From Klebsormidium nitens (Eukaryota > Plantae > Klebsormidiophyceae): a stretch of DNA of 64,000 nucleotides. This document shows, piece by piece, positions 63,501-64,000 of the stretch. The notes under the pieces are model-generated. The model ran no database searches and was not told the DNA's origin. It saw only the letters and a list, made by a program, of their open reading frames with translations. A program made the translations under genes and the position numbers. The stretch covers positions 62,001 through 126,000 of the forward strand of contig DF237181.1 of assembly GCA_000708835.1 (NCBI GenBank), in the 5' to 3' direction. Positions within the stretch are counted from its first letter, which is position 1; the number at the start of each line of letters is the position of its first letter.

Positions 63501-63902
63501 ACCACGAGGAGAAACAGGCTGTGGCGCAGGCGGTAAGTGCCCGAAGCCAATGCTGAGGCAAACTTAGAACGACTTCTTGTTTGTGCGCCGCACAAAGATG
63601 GTGTGAGGCATGATGCAGCAGCTGACTTGAGGCTGTTGAGTCCAGGATACAATCAGGGATGCCATGTAATGCTTCTGCTGATTGCATCTTGACCGAATCC
63701 TGATCCTAAGGTTAATTGTCAAGCACTGCCAGGGTCTGCAAACTGCACTTTGCTGAGAAACTTCTGTCTTTGGTCGCAGAACCTCTATCAACAGCTGATG
63801 CCTTTGGCGCTGCCCGCCCCTCCTTCTGCTGGCCCGGGTTTCGCTGGACCTGACGGTGGTTACGGGGGGATGCCCGCGTATGGTATGCCGCCTCAATTCT
63901 AG
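51588..63902 (+). CDS. CHC: Clathrin heavy chain, 1692 aa, 27 exons
   Basis: Exons 51588-51632, 51805-52009, 52220-52308, 52530-52608, 52862-52989, 53309-53407, 53538-53646, 53884-53963, 54196-54423, 54585-54650, 54906-55022, 55278-55475, 55761-56524, 56854-57106, 57458-57594, 57962-58240, 58599-58918, 59187-59304, 59592-59763, 60103-60372, 60671-60793, 61169-61654, 62055-62225, 62573-62758, 63046-63168, 63422-63532, 63780-63902 (5079 nt). Motifs [64 protein letters not shown] and [14 protein letters not shown]. Confidence 0.98.
61998..62039 (+). repeat. 14-bp tandem repeat, 3 copies (CTGACGTACATTTC), at the branch-point position of a CHC intron
   Basis: Copies at 61998-62011, 62012-62025 and 62026-62039 (last has 1 mismatch); acceptor AG at 62053-62054. 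Confidence 0.95.
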
Positions 63903-64000
63903 TTTTGCCGTAGTAGCATCGAATGTTCGTTAGGATTCGCATCGATACGAAAAGGAGTAGTAAAGCGGAGGTGATCAGCTGGATGGGGGGTCCGTTCTGG

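Noticed and set aside
1-64000. CRISPR arrays, tRNA/rRNA genes, U12-type introns, transposase or reverse-transcriptase ORFs, prokaryotic operons
   Set aside because: None seen by eye: no regularly spaced repeat-spacer array, no cloverleaf or rRNA-length match, no ATATCC/GTATCCTT donors. tRNAscan-SE and Infernal would be needed to exclude small ncRNAs such as intronic snoRNAs.

Overview
Eukaryotic nuclear DNA: intron-rich, gene-dense, with GC3-rich exons and introns of mostly 100-700 nt. The gene set is plant-type (ELM1, KELP, NERD1-like, legumin-like bicupin, plastid-type alpha-amylase), so the source is most likely a streptophyte green alga (Klebsormidium-like; inference, not a database result). 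I reconstructed ten complete spliced genes by hand, all frame-consistent, plus one probable partial gene at the left edge. In order: unknown partial (-), ~1022-aa coiled-coil GH13 alpha-amylase (+), KELP/PC4 coactivator (-), ELM1 (+), secreted YHYH-domain protein (+), 11S/legumin-like bicupin (-), SRP9 (+), FG-GAP/NERD1-like (-), unknown 486-aa coiled-coil protein (+), ZNF706-like zinc finger (-), clathrin heavy chain (+). Two non-autonomous DNA transposons sit in head-to-head spacers: a 750-bp quasi-palindromic TTAA element and a 328-bp TAA Tourist-like MITE. The strongest unusual signal is a pair of tandem, equal-length (98 nt), same-phase homologous exons inside the amylase catalytic domain that can only be used mutually exclusively. 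Other signals: several dead duplications of exon boundaries, an intron-containing YHYH gene that breaks an otherwise alternating gene orientation, a probable GC-AG intron, and CpG-poor gene 5' ends versus CpG-rich gene bodies. No rRNA, tRNA or CRISPR array was found. Most ORFs in the supplied track are antisense or intronic artefacts.
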